From the NCBI GenBank assembly GCA_949358305.1, contig OX442314.1, forward strand, positions 32,240,001 to 32,304,000: a stretch of DNA of 64,000 nucleotides, read 5' to 3'. The position numbers were made by a program, and so were the translations under genes. The stretch is from Strigamia acuminata. Lineage: Eukaryota. The notes beneath the pieces are model-generated. The model saw only the letters and a program-made list of their open reading frames with translations, searched no databases and had not been told where the DNA came from. This document shows positions 10,924 to 23,409 of the stretch, piece by piece. Each line of letters begins with the position of its first letter. Within the stretch, counting starts at the first letter, position 1.

Positions 10924-10925
10924 AG

Positions 10926-12411
10926 TGTTGCGTTCCTGGATGTTCCCAAAATATATGATAATAATAATTGCACAGAATATTAATCTAATTCAATGCAAAA
11001 GGTCCCGGTATTCAACCTGTGGAAAGCAGTTGAATGCCGTAAAAGGTCTTCTATCGGGTTTGGCAGTTAAGTTGGTGTCTAGGGGTTTTTTGGCTGTTGG
11101 TTTTGTGTCTAGGGGTTCTTTTGGTAGCAAATGCAATAATAACAAGTAATTTAAAAAAGGATAAACAGTTTTATTAATGTTAAAATTAAGGAGTAATATG
11201 AATACAAGGGATAAATAAATAATTAAGTGAATATTGCTAAAGTTAAACAAAGAAATAAGAGAAAGGCGCGAGAACAATGGAATTGTTCGCGCGCGCGGAA
11301 ACAATAAGTTTGGAAAATGGCGGCAACGGATCGCCGTGAAAATTGGTGCAAATGCACACAAACGGGCGCGGAATCGTGAGATTTCGCGATGTGATTCGGC
11401 TGTGGAGCCAGAATCGTGGCCAGCTAGATAGCCAGGCCAAAGTGGAGAATACGAGGTGTGAACCCTCGAGTTGAAACGGGAAATTCTCCGTTGAAAACTC
11501 ACGAGTCCAACTGGCGTGGTTCGCACTGTCGAATCCGGTTTTCAGGTCCGTTTCTTCTCGGTAAATTACCGTCGTCAGTAGGTCGAGCGTCGAGGTTTCG
11601 TCGGCTTTCGCGCGTCGTCCCTCGTCAACTCGGCGGCTGGCTGGCGTCGGTCTTCAACGTATATCACTCGAATTACCGTCGTCGGTGGCTAGCGTCGAGG
11701 TTTCGTCGGCTTGGCGCGCGTCGTCCCTCGTCGGCTTGGCGTGATCCGGGCGTCGGTCTACGATGGTGCGTATACGTTTATCTTCGGGCGGCGGCGGAAA
11801 CAACGGTTGCTCGGTCCGTTGCACGTCGACTTCGTCGTCCGGGAAGGAGTCACTTGATGCGTATTGGCATCAAGCAAATCAGTTGAAACTTTGCAATATC
11901 TCACGGATCACGGACAAAACAGTGTTTTTGGTTTGAACAAAGCTGTGTCGGTGTGAACGGTGTGAGGAGGAGGCAAAGAGTGAGTAATAAACGAATTTAT
12001 TACCCAAACTTTGGCCGGAAAATCGGCCGAGTGCGCATGCGTGGCATGCACCTGGCACACTTCGTGCCCAGCAACGGTGCAAATTAGGAGCTGGCCATAG
12101 CAACCCCCCAATTTGGCAGTTAGGTTGCCATGGCAGTCCTAACGGCTTCTGTTTAACAGCCGAAAGCACTTGGCAATTGCAAATAAAATGAGTATTTTAT
12201 TTGCACAAGCAAGCAAAAAATATGTAATTATTTTAACAAATAATTCATTAAAAACACTAAAATAAATTGATTCCTTAAATTACCAATTTCTACTATTTCT
12301 AAATAATTAAAGGGACTGTAAAACAATTTATTTAACACATTAAATAGATTAAATTATTAATTTCTTATACTCCAAATATTCCAAATAAAAGGAACATTTG
12401 AGATCACAACA
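10926..12411 (-). repeat. Element B internal (shared) LTR, 1486 bp
   Basis: TGTTGTGATC...GCAACA; preceded by PPT GGGGGGAAG (12420-12412) and followed by a PBS. Confidence 0.93.
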
Positions 12412-12747
12412 CTTCCCCCCAATTAAAATCAAACATTTTTAATTTAAAAGGATGGAATATAGTGGGTCCTGATCACAAATTGTTCAAATAATTAAATTAT
12501 TAACAAATTTGATAATAATAGGATTTACAAATTTGCAAATAGAGGTTAAAACACGGAATAAAATAATTTAGTAGTGAAGAATTAGTTATTTTCTAGGCTA
12601 AAACTGAATTTCAACTAAAATTATTGGTAGTCACTACAGTAGTGCATTAAATAATTCGAATAACAATTTGATTTTCAAGAAAAAGTTATGCAAACGATTA
12701 AATACGTAAAAAACAATGATATTAAAAATTTTAACATAAAAAGTTAT

Positions 12748-15700
12748 TTAGTGGCATTGAATCCAATAAATGATGCCGATTGGTAACTCTGGGGCTAAAG
12801 GAGTCGGCAATCGAGGTAAGCTCATGTCTGTTGTCTTGTCTCGAAGGTTTTCCCTCTCGAGGACAAGTTCAAACGGACGGCCGGTATACGGCCCAAAAAT
12901 TAAATCTGTGTTGTCGTGCAACCACTCACTTCTAATTGAGCAAAAGTTGACGTTATCTTCAAACGTTATTTCGTTATTTTCTCGGGGCATTTTCGGCTTT
13001 TTTCTAACTTTTGTTAGCCGCTGATAATGAATCCACGGCTGCTTTGCCTCGATGTGGCGTTCTGAGCGCTCTTGATCTTCGTACCCGAGATTAACTGAAT
13101 TTTCTTGCAGCATCCTCATGTGTGGTTGCAGCCTTGAGTAGGTTTTTCGTAATTGGCGGTAAATTGTCAATTCTTCTTGATCTTCCAACTGTTTCGAGGG
13201 AATTGAACAAGGTTTCGCCGGTGACGGCGGTTTTGTCCGTGATGGACGTCTCTTTTTTGTAGACTGTCGAGTCACGGGAGGTGCGAAGGCACATGTTTCA
13301 CTGATTGGTCTTGTCGCCAATGCGCCTTGTGCATCATGCACTAGTCGGGTGACCAAGCGATTTTTCCGCTGAAGAAATGTTTTTGGCCTGGCGCCTGAGC
13401 TGGCATAATCGACAGTCCGTAGGATGGGCCCGCTGGAATTGGGTCTTGACGTTGAAATCGACGAGTTGACGGGCTGTATTGTCGTAAATTGTCCTGAGGT
13501 CTTTATAGCCTTTTTGGTCGCTTTTACAGCAACACCAGCAGCAGGATTCAATGTTGATGAAGATCTCGTTTTCTTCTTGACCAGGGAGACCGGCATTTCT
13601 TCTGGTTGAACTGATTCGAGCTCCGTTTGGTAGGTATCTCCTCGTTCATCTCGTTCATTCAGCAGTTTGACCAACTCGGCCGAATGTTTGGAAATCGAAG
13701 CTGGTGGAGACTTCTTTTTTAGCGTTGGCGAAACTGGTGTCTCTACTGATTGAATCGCTGGGAGTACATGCTTGTGAGCGATCTTCCGTGGCTTCCGCTT
13801 CTTGTGAAGTTGGATGGCCGATTCGGCCAAGTGTTTGTTACTAACAAGTACAAGTTCTTGCTGTATGGTCGACGAATCTAGGAGAATGGACCTCCAGTAG
13901 TCTAAAAAATTATCTTGGTTACCAGTATTCATCGGGGGTGTCCAGAGACATATTGCGTCTGCGAGGGCAATTCGATTGCTTGTGGCGGTGCTCCGAGTTA
14001 AAATGCTGCAAAGTCCTGCGACCAATAATTGTTGTAAAGCGGAGAGTTGAATGTCCAGGGCATTGGTTGGCTCCATGTCGCGCAGATGATTGATTATACG
14101 CTGCCAATTTTGAATGGTTTTGCTAATTTGAGTCCTTTGATACTCATTCAGGTCTTCCATCAAAATATCTTGTGTGTCACGAGGCAATACTTCAACACTG
14201 GACTTCGTCATGTCATAATTTTGGTCAAACGATCGGCTTTGAGTCAAAGAAACTGTTTCGAATTTCTCAGCCGGAAATTGGGATTTTGTGGTGCTTGTTT
14301 TTGGATACACAGAGGTCGTGATGGAGTTTCTAACAATAGATACTTCTTGTGCATTCGGATGTGTTAACACTGGGGTCAAATGGGTAATTGGTTTCTCCAA
14401 ATTTTCAATTTGCATTAACACTGGAGTCGAATTGATAATTGACTTTTCCCAATTTTCAACTTGCGTTGCCCAATCCATAGCCGTTTGGTCGGCTGTCTGT
14501 GACAATTCCAAGGGATAATCTTTTTTAATTTTTTCCGCTGTTGGCACAGAATTAATATTTTTCAACAAGGCGATTGATGTTGGAGTGGCGGAGATCGGCG
14601 CATCACTGGTTGAGACATAAATTTCCGTCGGCTGCGATGTGTCGGTCTCTGCGTCCCATCGTTTCTCTGCTTTGCTGAGAGGCTTTTCCCCTGCAATTGT
14701 TCCATGTGGCTCACACACTTCCACGTCTTCATCCCGTTCATCGGAATTTTCATCAGGCTGTGGAACTTGGTGATATGACGTTTCGTATCGTTGTTGTTTA
14801 GTGAGCTCACCGAATTCACAAATTTTCCTTTCAGATTGACACTTGGGATGGTCTTTTTTATCAAGAAAGGTAAATTTTGGTTGCGCACCCTTATTTATTT
14901 TAGATGTATCAAATGATCTTTTTGTAAAAAGCTTTTTAGGCTTACATTTATCTTCAGCCACGTGTTTAGCTAACACTACACTGGTATTACCAATTGTTGA
15001 GCCGGTTTCTTTTTCGGCTTTCACTTTAGCTTTGAGATCGACTTCATTCATCGAGTCAACAATGGTAAGTCGAGTATGAGAATGAGAAGTTTTTGTAGAA
15101 CAATGAGGATTCTGCACTTGATTAATGTTTTTTGCCGGTTTCTCGGCAAATGTAGCTGCACTTGATCTCTCGAAAGTTTGTTCTCGGTATTCAAATGTTT
15201 TTTCAATCTCTTCAGTTGCATTGTAAATTGGGGTCCAATCTGAGAGCGAAGATGCACATGTTTGAGGACGACTTTGTTGTCCCCCCACCTTAGGTGAACG
15301 CGTTGACTGTTCACTGCTGAAAGCGGAATTTTCACGTCTTGATTGATATGGCGGAGAACAATCACTACTTTTTTCGCATTCCCTCTTTGGTGGATTAATA
15401 TATGTTGGTGAACCGTAATGTGATTGAGAGTCATTGAAATTATTTTCGATATCTGAATTTTTGCAGAAGTTGCTGGATAATTTCGCACTTTGTTCACAAT
15501 TTTTTGAGTCTATTATATTCAATAATGCATGGCTATTATTAAATATTTCATCACTTGAAGTGTTCCATTTTTTACAGTCAGAAGCTTCCATCGTTGAACT
15601 TCTTTTCGTTTGAAATTTTCGTTTGTCATTACTGGACGCACAGAACGAACGATTATTGTCAGTAGTTGCAAGATTAACCATTTTAGGTTTGAACGCCGTG

Positions 15701-16662
15701 ACATCCGGCGGATTCGGTTGTTGAGTTGTAAACTCGGCTGATCGAATCTTCTTCAAGAGTTCGTCTATCTCTTCCTGAGATTTTTGTATTTCCGCAAATT
15801 TTGCCGTCCATTCGGTTTTGTGAAATTGTCGGCATGGTGATGATGGTGTTTCACGAATTTCATGCGACTTTTTCCATTTTCGATCCGCATCTAACCGTTG
15901 TTGTGGTTGTAAGGTGAAGGATTCGTCCTCACGGTGGGATAAATTCTTTGTACGCACTTGTCGCAGATTGGCTATTTCTTGAAGTTCCAATTCGCGGGCT
16001 TTAGTTCTATTACAAATTTCTTCGTCTAGAGCTTGTTTAGTTTCGTCAAGCTCTCTGCTTGTTCTTTCCAATTCTTCAATTTCGGCACTTTCATTTGCAT
16101 TTTCCTCGGCCGCACAATGTTTATTTAAAACGAGTTTGGCTTGTGATAAATTCAATCGGTCACGAGTTAGTTCCATTTCGAATGCTAATGTCTCTATTCG
16201 ATAATCCATTTCATCGACAAATTGTTCGCTTTCAAAATTGATCGTGGCTAGGCGAATTTTCTCGGCCGCGTCTGGATCTACGAGGAGAACTTCGGCAACG
16301 AGCGCTTCAAACTCTGGTGACCGCTGAGGAAATTCATATCTTTGTCTTGGAGTCGAGGTGCGTGGTTGAGTACGATCATTTACTTTGTCAATACTCCTTT
16401 TTGTTTCAGCATCCATTTCACGATCCGTTGAAACATTTTTGAATTTTTGAAATGAACGTTTTTTCGCATCAAGTGAAATTTCAGCCGATATCTCGGCTTC
16501 GGCGATTTCCAATCGAGTTTCGGCTGAGCGTTTAGCCGTTACTTCCTTTGGAAAACTAGTGCGCCGAGTTTGGGCACCTTGTGGGCAGTTAGACCCGACT
16601 ATTGGACGACTATACGTCCTTCCCTCAATTGGCGAAGGGACTTCATCATGTAACTTAGGCAT
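12748..16662 (-). CDS. 1304-aa orphan ORF of element B (coiled-coil N terminus, S/T/K-rich low complexity, helical C-terminal part)
   Basis: Single long ORF between PBS and PPT; no CCHC, protease, YxDD or DDE motif seen. Confidence 0.8.
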   Translation of the reverse strand: MPKLHDEVPSPIEGRTYSRPIVGSNCPQGAQTRRTSFPKEVTAKRSAETRLEIAEAEISAEISLDAKKRSFQKFKNVSTDREMDAETKRSIDKVNDRTQPRTSTPRQRYEFPQRSPEFEALVAEVLLVDPDAAEKIRLATINFESEQFVDEMDYRIETLAFEMELTRDRLNLSQAKLVLNKHCAAEENANESAEIEELERTSRELDETKQALDEEICNRTKARELELQEIANLRQVRTKNLSHREDESFTLQPQQRLDADRKWKKSHEIRETPSSPCRQFHKTEWTAKFAEIQKSQEEIDELLKKIRSAEFTTQQPNPPDVTAFKPKMVNLATTDNNRSFCASSNDKRKFQTKRSSTMEASDCKKWNTSSDEIFNNSHALLNIIDSKNCEQSAKLSSNFCKNSDIENNFNDSQSHYGSPTYINPPKRECEKSSDCSPPYQSRRENSAFSSEQSTRSPKVGGQQSRPQTCASSLSDWTPIYNATEEIEKTFEYREQTFERSSAATFAEKPAKNINQVQNPHCSTKTSHSHTRLTIVDSMNEVDLKAKVKAEKETGSTIGNTSVVLAKHVAEDKCKPKKLFTKRSFDTSKINKGAQPKFTFLDKKDHPKCQSERKICEFGELTKQQRYETSYHQVPQPDENSDERDEDVEVCEPHGTIAGEKPLSKAEKRWDAETDTSQPTEIYVSTSDAPISATPTSIALLKNINSVPTAEKIKKDYPLELSQTADQTAMDWATQVENWEKSIINSTPVLMQIENLEKPITHLTPVLTHPNAQEVSIVRNSITTSVYPKTSTTKSQFPAEKFETVSLTQSRSFDQNYDMTKSSVEVLPRDTQDILMEDLNEYQRTQISKTIQNWQRIINHLRDMEPTNALDIQLSALQQLLVAGLCSILTRSTATSNRIALADAICLWTPPMNTGNQDNFLDYWRSILLDSSTIQQELVLVSNKHLAESAIQLHKKRKPRKIAHKHVLPAIQSVETPVSPTLKKKSPPASISKHSAELVKLLNERDERGDTYQTELESVQPEEMPVSLVKKKTRSSSTLNPAAGVAVKATKKAIKTSGQFTTIQPVNSSISTSRPNSSGPILRTVDYASSGARPKTFLQRKNRLVTRLVHDAQGALATRPISETCAFAPPVTRQSTKKRRPSRTKPPSPAKPCSIPSKQLEDQEELTIYRQLRKTYSRLQPHMRMLQENSVNLGYEDQERSERHIEAKQPWIHYQRLTKVRKKPKMPRENNEITFEDNVNFCSIRSEWLHDNTDLIFGPYTGRPFELVLERENLRDKTTDMSLPRLPTPLAPELPIGIIYWIQCH

Positions 16663-16823
16663 GATGGCAAGAATGTTACAAAAAGAGAAGAAAGATGATA
16701 GGAAAGTTAGAAAAATAGGTAAAAAATACTAAAATGGGGAAAAACAAGATTTTTTAATTTTTTAATCTTACTTTAAATTCTAAAAATTCTAAAAATTGGG
16801 ATAATCCCGGCCGGGCCCCCAAG

Positions 16824-18309
16824 TGTTGCGTTCCTGGATGTTCCCAAAATATATGATAATAATAATTGCACAGAATATTAATCTAATTCAATGCAAAAGG
16901 TCCCGGTATTCAACCTGTGGAAAGCAGTTGAATGCCGTAAAAGGTCTTCTATCGGGTTTGGCAGTTAAGTTGGTGTCTAGGGGTTTTTTGGCTGTTGGTT
17001 TTGTGTCTAGGGGTTCTTTTGGTAGCAAATGCAATAATAACAAGTAATTTAAAAAAGGATAAACAGTTTTATTAATGTTAAAATTAAGGAGTAATATGAA
17101 TACAAGGGATAAATAAATAATTAAGTGAATATTGCTAAAGTTAAACAAAGAAATAAGAGAAAGGCGCGAGAACAATGGAATTGTTCGCGCGCGCGGAAAC
17201 AATAAGTTTGGAAAATGGCGGCAACGGATCGCCGTGAAAATTGGTGCAAATGCACACAAACGGGCGCGGAATCGTGAGATTTCGCGATGTGATTCGGCTG
17301 TGGAGCCAGAATCGTGGCCAGCTAGATAGCCAGGCCAAAGTGGAGAATACGAGGTGTGAACCCTCGAGTTGAAACGGGAAATTCTCCGTTGAAAACTCAC
17401 GAGTCCAACTGGCGTGGTTCGCACTGTCGAATCCGGTTTTCAGGTCCGTTTCTTCTCGGTAAATTACCGTCGTCAGTAGGTCGAGCGTCGAGGTTTCGTC
17501 GGCTTTCGCGCGTCGTCCCTCGTCAACTCGGCGGCTGGCTGGCGTCGGTCTTCAACGTATATCACTCGAATTACCGTCGTCGGTGGCTAGCGTCGAGGTT
17601 TCGTCGGCTTGGCGCGCGTCGTCCCTCGTCGGCTTGGCGTGATCCGGGCGTCGGTCTACGATGGTGCGTATACGTTTATCTTCGGGCGGCGGCGGAAACA
17701 ACGGTTGCTCGGTCCGTTGCACGTCGACTTCGTCGTCCGGGAAGGAGTCACTTGATGCGTATTGGCATCAAGCAAATCAGTTGAAACTTTGCAATATCTC
17801 ACGGATCACGGACAAAACAGTGTTTTTGGTTTGAACAAAGCTGTGTCGGTGTGAACGGTGTGAGGAGGAGGCAAAGAGTGAGTAATAAACGAATTTATTA
17901 CCCAAACTTTGGCCGGAAAATCGGCCGAGTGCGCATGCGTGGCATGCACCTGGCACACTTCGTGCCCAGCAACGGTGCAAATTAGGAGCTGGCCATAGCA
18001 ACCCCCCAATTTGGCAGTTAGGTTGCCATGGCAGTCCTAACGGCTTCTGTTTAACAGCCGAAAGCACTTGGCAATTGCAAATAAAATGAGTATTTTATTT
18101 GCACAAGCAAGCAAAAAATATGTAATTATTTTAACAAATAATTCATTAAAAACACTAAAATAAATTGATTCCTTAAATTACCAATTTCTACTATTTCTAA
18201 ATAATTAAAGGGACTGTAAAACAATTTATTTAACACATTAAATAGATTAAATTATTAATTTCTTATACTCCAAATATTCCAAATAAAAGGAACATTTGAG
18301 ATCACAACA
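16824..18309 (-). repeat. Element B 5' LTR, 1486 bp
   Basis: No difference from 10926-12411 seen by eye; identical ORF-track translations. Confidence 0.93.
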
Positions 18310-18689
18310 ATCATGAATTTATGCTTATTCAGAAACGAAGTAAATGTAAAAGGCATTAAAAATAAAAATTTTGTTTGATTTTGTTTTGGTACGGTACCGT
18401 ACTGTACTGTGCGTTTTGTTATGTTCTAGTTCAAAATTCCATTAAAATTTAGCTTGTTTTATTTATCTGTGTGGTTTATTTTGTTTACGTTCTGTTCCGT
18501 ACTTAAGTGAGGAATTTTGTTCCGTACGTACGTGAGAATAGCCCATTGGTTATTCTTACGTACGTACGTAAAAATATACACTTTTTCAGGGGCCAATCCT
18601 GGGCTTTCCTGCGTGAAAGCCTAAACGTATGTCCGTATTCCGTACGTACGTAAGAATAGCCACGGCGTAATTTAATTCTTTTAATTTTT

Positions 18690-18855
18690 GGTCCAATAAT
18701 AGACATTTTAGACCAAAAATCGACAATTTCAGCCTATAAAAAGCCTAATATCGGGCTAAAAAGTTTATTATCGGGCCATAAACATCGATTTTCGGTCTAT
18801 AAACATCAATTTTTAAGCTAAAAACATCAATTTTTGAGCTGAAAAGGTTCATTGT
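18690..18855. repeat. Degenerate ~21-bp tandem repeat, inverted homologue of 49925-50200
   Basis: AAACATC(G/A)ATTTTT(G)AGCT units with matching flanks; the 49.9-kb copy abuts a FLYWCH remnant. Confidence 0.7.
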
Positions 18856-18969
18856 AGTCCTAAAATAGTCAACTTCAGTTGTTCAAATCACTGATGATTC
18901 ATACATTTGGTGATACTAAAAAAAAATTAGGTTTTTAAATTCAAGTCACTTAATCTATAGGTTCAAATT

Positions 18970-19388
18970 GGTAGCGCCGATGTCTCCAATTGTGTAAAAC
19001 CAAAATCTCATAAGCTACACATTTTTATCAAAAAACCGTGAAAGCAACACATTTTTAATCAAAAAAGCATAAATTTAATACATTTTATCAAAAAAGCATA
19101 AATTTTCCATATTTCTTATAAAAAAAAAACATAAATTTTACATATTTAGGATCAAAACTGAACGGTTCAAACAATATTAAAATTTTTCGATGAAATTCCA
19201 CCATTTAAACACAAAAATAAAAGCCCAAAACCCATTTATTTTCAAAATAAAATACCAAAATCCAACCAACACTTGATCGAAACGTTTTCCTGGATTTCCC
19301 ATAATGCTTCAGCGGCAATTCAAAATGGAGGTGATCATCTGTGCAAAATATTCATCAGCAGAATATTCGTCCGCGATAATCCCTCATT
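18970..19388 (+). repeat. Dispersed duplicate of 50626-50817 joined to 51612-51841
   Basis: Colinear similarity (e.g. CCTGGATTTCCCA.AATGCTTCAGCGGCAA.TCAAAATGGAGGTGATCATC), lacking the ELP2-bearing middle. Confidence 0.8.
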
Positions 19389-22300
19389 CGTTCGTGTAAA
19401 TTTTCCAAATTTTGGAAAAAAATACGATGGCCCTTCTGGGTCGTTCGCCGCCACAAAATCGAATTTTGCGCCATCTGTTGTCAAAACAGTGGCGCGACGA
19501 GATTGGCCGAATGGAAGAAAAGCGGCAAATGGTGACGTGTCTCTTCCACGGATACAACTCATTTTTAGTCGTCGATTCGGGCGAGTTTTCTAATTGATTT
19601 TGCAATTTGGATGAAATGACGGTGCAAAAATGTGAGAATAGACGCTAATTTAACTCGGGAATCGCGTGAGAGTATGAAACGTCGTATATCCGTACGTTTT
19701 AGTGGTTTTCGTACGGGATTATTTTCTTCAGGGATTCATCCGCGTGGCGAGTGGCGATCGGTTCTTATCGAGGCTTTTTGTCACAAGATCGGATCATCGT
19801 GCTTACGCAAGCCTACTTGAATACTATGCTTTATGGACGACGTCGTCGGTGGATACGTGTTCGGCTGCGATTTCGACTACACATCAACTGGAAATTGGGT
19901 AATTTAATGAGAAATTTGATTTTTAAGGGATACCGGTAATGAAAAATGTTTACCAATTCAAGTACACTTGTGAATTCAAAACTACATTTGAATATAGAAT
20001 ATTTTTACATTTTTGTCCAGCTTTAATCAAATTGGCGAATAAAATATCAAATATGGATACTTTTTTCAGCTACTCCCTATTTTAAAATAATGGGAGAAAT
20101 ATTTTTGAATAATTTGAATTTTTTTATTTTATTTTAGAGCTAATTCGAGTTTCATTGTGCGCCGCCATTTTATATTTGCACTGCGTGATATTTTTGTAGC
20201 ATAAAGATGCGCCATTTTTCTCGTGCTTTGCGATTTCGTTTGTGGGGACAGCAAATCCAACTCTCTACCTCCTCGTGGTTGTCCCTGGCCCACTGGTCGT
20301 TTGATCTGTGGTACCGAATGAGAGCTCTGGTTTATACTTGTTTTTGAATCGTCTTTTGAATTTTCAACACATTTTTTCAACATATTTTGGTATTGTAAGA
20401 CTGCATTCACCAAAATGAGTGCAGCATTTATCTAGTGCAATATTCTGCAGACAATATTTGTACTTTAAGACTGCATTCCAAAGTACGATTGCAGCATTTA
20501 CAAATTGTGCATTTTAAATCTAAAAATTAGAAGATTCACTATTTCATTTCTTCTGGGTGGTATCTTGTTGAATAACTAGAATAACTTGAAATTCAGGGTG
20601 TCCAACCTGCGCCCCAACTTGGCTGGATGTCCGGCTCTGGTATCCACATCCAGTCGGCTACAAATAGTGGTCCTTCGTAATGACTAAACGAAAAAAATAT
20701 AATTTTAAAAAAATTGTTCATGTTTGATAGTTCTAACATATTTAGGATATAGAGTTGTTGGCTTTTATTTGCTCTGCAACTGTCGCACCTAAAACGGTTG
20801 TATTTTATAAAAATATAAAAATATAAAAAAAATTAAAAAAATAAAATAGTTGAATTATTAGAACTTACTGTATTGTTTCTGGTAATGGAAATGCTCCTAA
20901 GATGTAGATCTGCATTGTTCATCTTTTCGTGGGAAATACAGTTGCCACTAATAGATAGATGCCCATCTAAAACATAAAATTAAACGCCCGGGCGTTTAAA
21001 CGGGGCGGTACGGTAAGTTAGTAGTTAACACCATTAAATCCGTATGAAATCTTGATTTCCTGACTGCTTAACTTTCTACATGAACTATGGTTGCGCTGAA
21101 TAAATGTACCATATTATCGTTTTCTAACTAAAAAGAAAAAAAATTAAAAATAATGTACACTGTACATACCTGAAATACGTACATTTTATAAAATGATTTT
21201 ATAAAAAATGAAATACCTCAAACCTAATTAATTTACGGCATTTTTTTGAGCTGCAATTAACTACGAACGTTCCCGATATAAAAACACAGTGCTCAAAGGT
21301 GTAGCCTTTTGGAACTGCGACATTGCACAAATTACATACGATTAACTTGCCAGGTGGAATGGCCATTTTATAGGTGGTTTCTGTTGTTTTATCCGAAACT
21401 GCGTCTGAATAAACGATTCCAAATAACTTGTTCTCGGAGGTGTTTTCCTCTAGTTTTTTTATGGCCATAGCTGCCAACGAAAATGCATTCGCGGCATCGG
21501 CTGAAGTGGTTGATGCCTCGTAAGCTGCATCCCATGCTGCCGAAGCGGAGTTGTATAATTCACTCCTGGTGTTTATTTTTTCAATTTTTCACTTTCTGTT
21601 GAAATCACTTTTGAAATGGGCACTAAACTTGGTGGACGAGAATATTTATACGTCATATTGATTTGCATAAAATATAAAATAAAATTTTCACATAAGTAAT
21701 TAAACTAGTTGTCAACCGTCAATATTGCGTCTAAATATTTTGCAAACAACTTATCCTTTTGCCACCTCACAACGTGCTAAAAGGTTATGATTAAACAACT
21801 ATAAATGAAGGGAGTTCTTATTGCTGTGAGGTCAGTGGGAGTGGTCATGACCGGCTCAAATTTAAATTTAGGTGTAAAAATGTTGACTAACAGAATGGGA
21901 AAAAAACTACACAATAATGCAAAAACAGCACTAAATAAATAAAAACAGGTTCCTGATTTGCTTGATCAGCATTTCCAGTTCACTTTGCTGATTTTTAAAT
22001 CAAAATATCACACTTTAGGTGTTGGTGTTATTTTATAAGTAAATATTGTAAGTAAACTTTAGTAAATACTGAAACAATGAAAATAAATGTAGAAAAATAG
22101 TAGTAAATATTAGCTAAATTTTGCAGTAAGCCTACATTTGTAAAACGAGACATTGCAGGAAAAATAGCAATGCAGTAAAGTAATTTACAAAAATCAACAT
22201 AAAACTTTACAGTAAAAATTAAAATCGACACATTTAATTCAGGCAATATGGAATTGCACAAAATGTAATACTGGCATGTATAGCATTTATTATTTCAAAA

Positions 22301-22779
22301 ATGCAACACTTTTAAATTGTAAATTAAACGGTACAAATTATGTATAATACGTGTAATTACTGTCAATTAGCTTAAAGTTTTAAAGACGTATTGGAAATGT
22401 TACAAAGACTTGTAAGCAGACAACCTGAAGGCACACAGGGATCTCAACGCAGAAAGAGGAAGGAACTCTTGTTTGTGGATCTTTGTTATAATTGTTGTGA
22501 CAACATTCCATTTAATGGCAGCCTTTCTATCTGTAGTAAACTAGTCTATAACTGTCTGAAAAGAAGAAAAATGCAGTGGCAAAATTAAAAAATTAAAAAT
22601 TCTAAGAAAATACTTAAAAAAGGTGATTTTTAACTTGATTAAATTTGATTAACAAATAAATTTTCTAACGAATGATAAATTGGAATTACACGGTCTGATC
22701 AAGAACTAATTTAGCGACTTTAGCGTAATCCAAATCCTTCGCAAGTAGGTTCATTGTCTCTTGCGGTGAGATTTAGAAT

Positions 22780-23409
22780 ACTGTCGTCTATCTTGGCCGG
22801 CCCATACTGAAATGCGTTCATCTGGACTATCTTCTAATCTACACTATTGTCGTCGATAGCAGCATCAGGAATCGGTCGCATTGGTACACTTGATGCATGC
22901 ACTAACATTCGCAAATTCTTTAGTAATTGCACTATAGGACTCTATCTAAATATCCCGGTTTGTTTTTATTCTTCGTGACGGGGTCACGAGGGATGTAAAG
23001 TTTGGAGTTGGGACCGTAATACTCCATGAATTGATTCGATGGCAATTCATCTGCTAAATCTATTCAAAGGGCGATTCCTGTTTCATAGGCCTAACAGCGA
23101 GCAACTTTGCTCGTGTTATAGCCTCCACCAACCAACACTAACAAAGGCAAATTATACATCTTAACAAACTCCAGACATTTAACATTTACCATGGCCATTA
23201 ATCGTCAGATTAAAGCAACCAAGTCAATCTTTGGTTAACGAATCGGCGCCACCTTGCAAAACAATTACGTTAGGCTGGTAATGTTCCATAACTTTCAATT
23301 TGACTGATTTAAATATTCGTTCAAATGAATCGTCATCAATGTCCTTCGGTAAAGGGAAATTTACAGAATAATGTTTGCCAGTTCCGGGGAAAAAAAATTA
23401 CAGTCGTGT
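22780..23409 (-). pseudogene. HDAC1: Class I histone deacetylase (HDAC1/2/Rpd3-like) C-terminal exon fragment, copy 1
   Basis: Decayed [43 protein letters not shown] and [11 protein letters not shown] with frameshifts and stops. Confidence 0.85.

Larger units (their letters stand above)
10093..18309 (-). mobile_element. Non-autonomous LTR 'element B' in tandem arrangement LTR-ORF-LTR-partial ORF, interrupted by element A
   Basis: Two 1486-bp LTRs, each followed by a tRNA-Pro-type PBS; PPT before the internal LTR; 10268-12411 repeats 16166-18309 at offset 5898. Confidence 0.9.

Noticed and set aside
10990..12169. ORFs within the element B LTR (178 aa, 142 aa), duplicated at 16888-18067
   Set aside because: Identity is due to LTR duplication; non-ATG starts and no protein features
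18500..18665. GTACGTAC palindromic cluster
   Set aside because: Probably a MITE or TIR fragment; boundaries and TSD not definable
20980..21025. Palindrome resembling a Helitron 3' end
   Set aside because: No CTRR terminus or supporting 5' end identified
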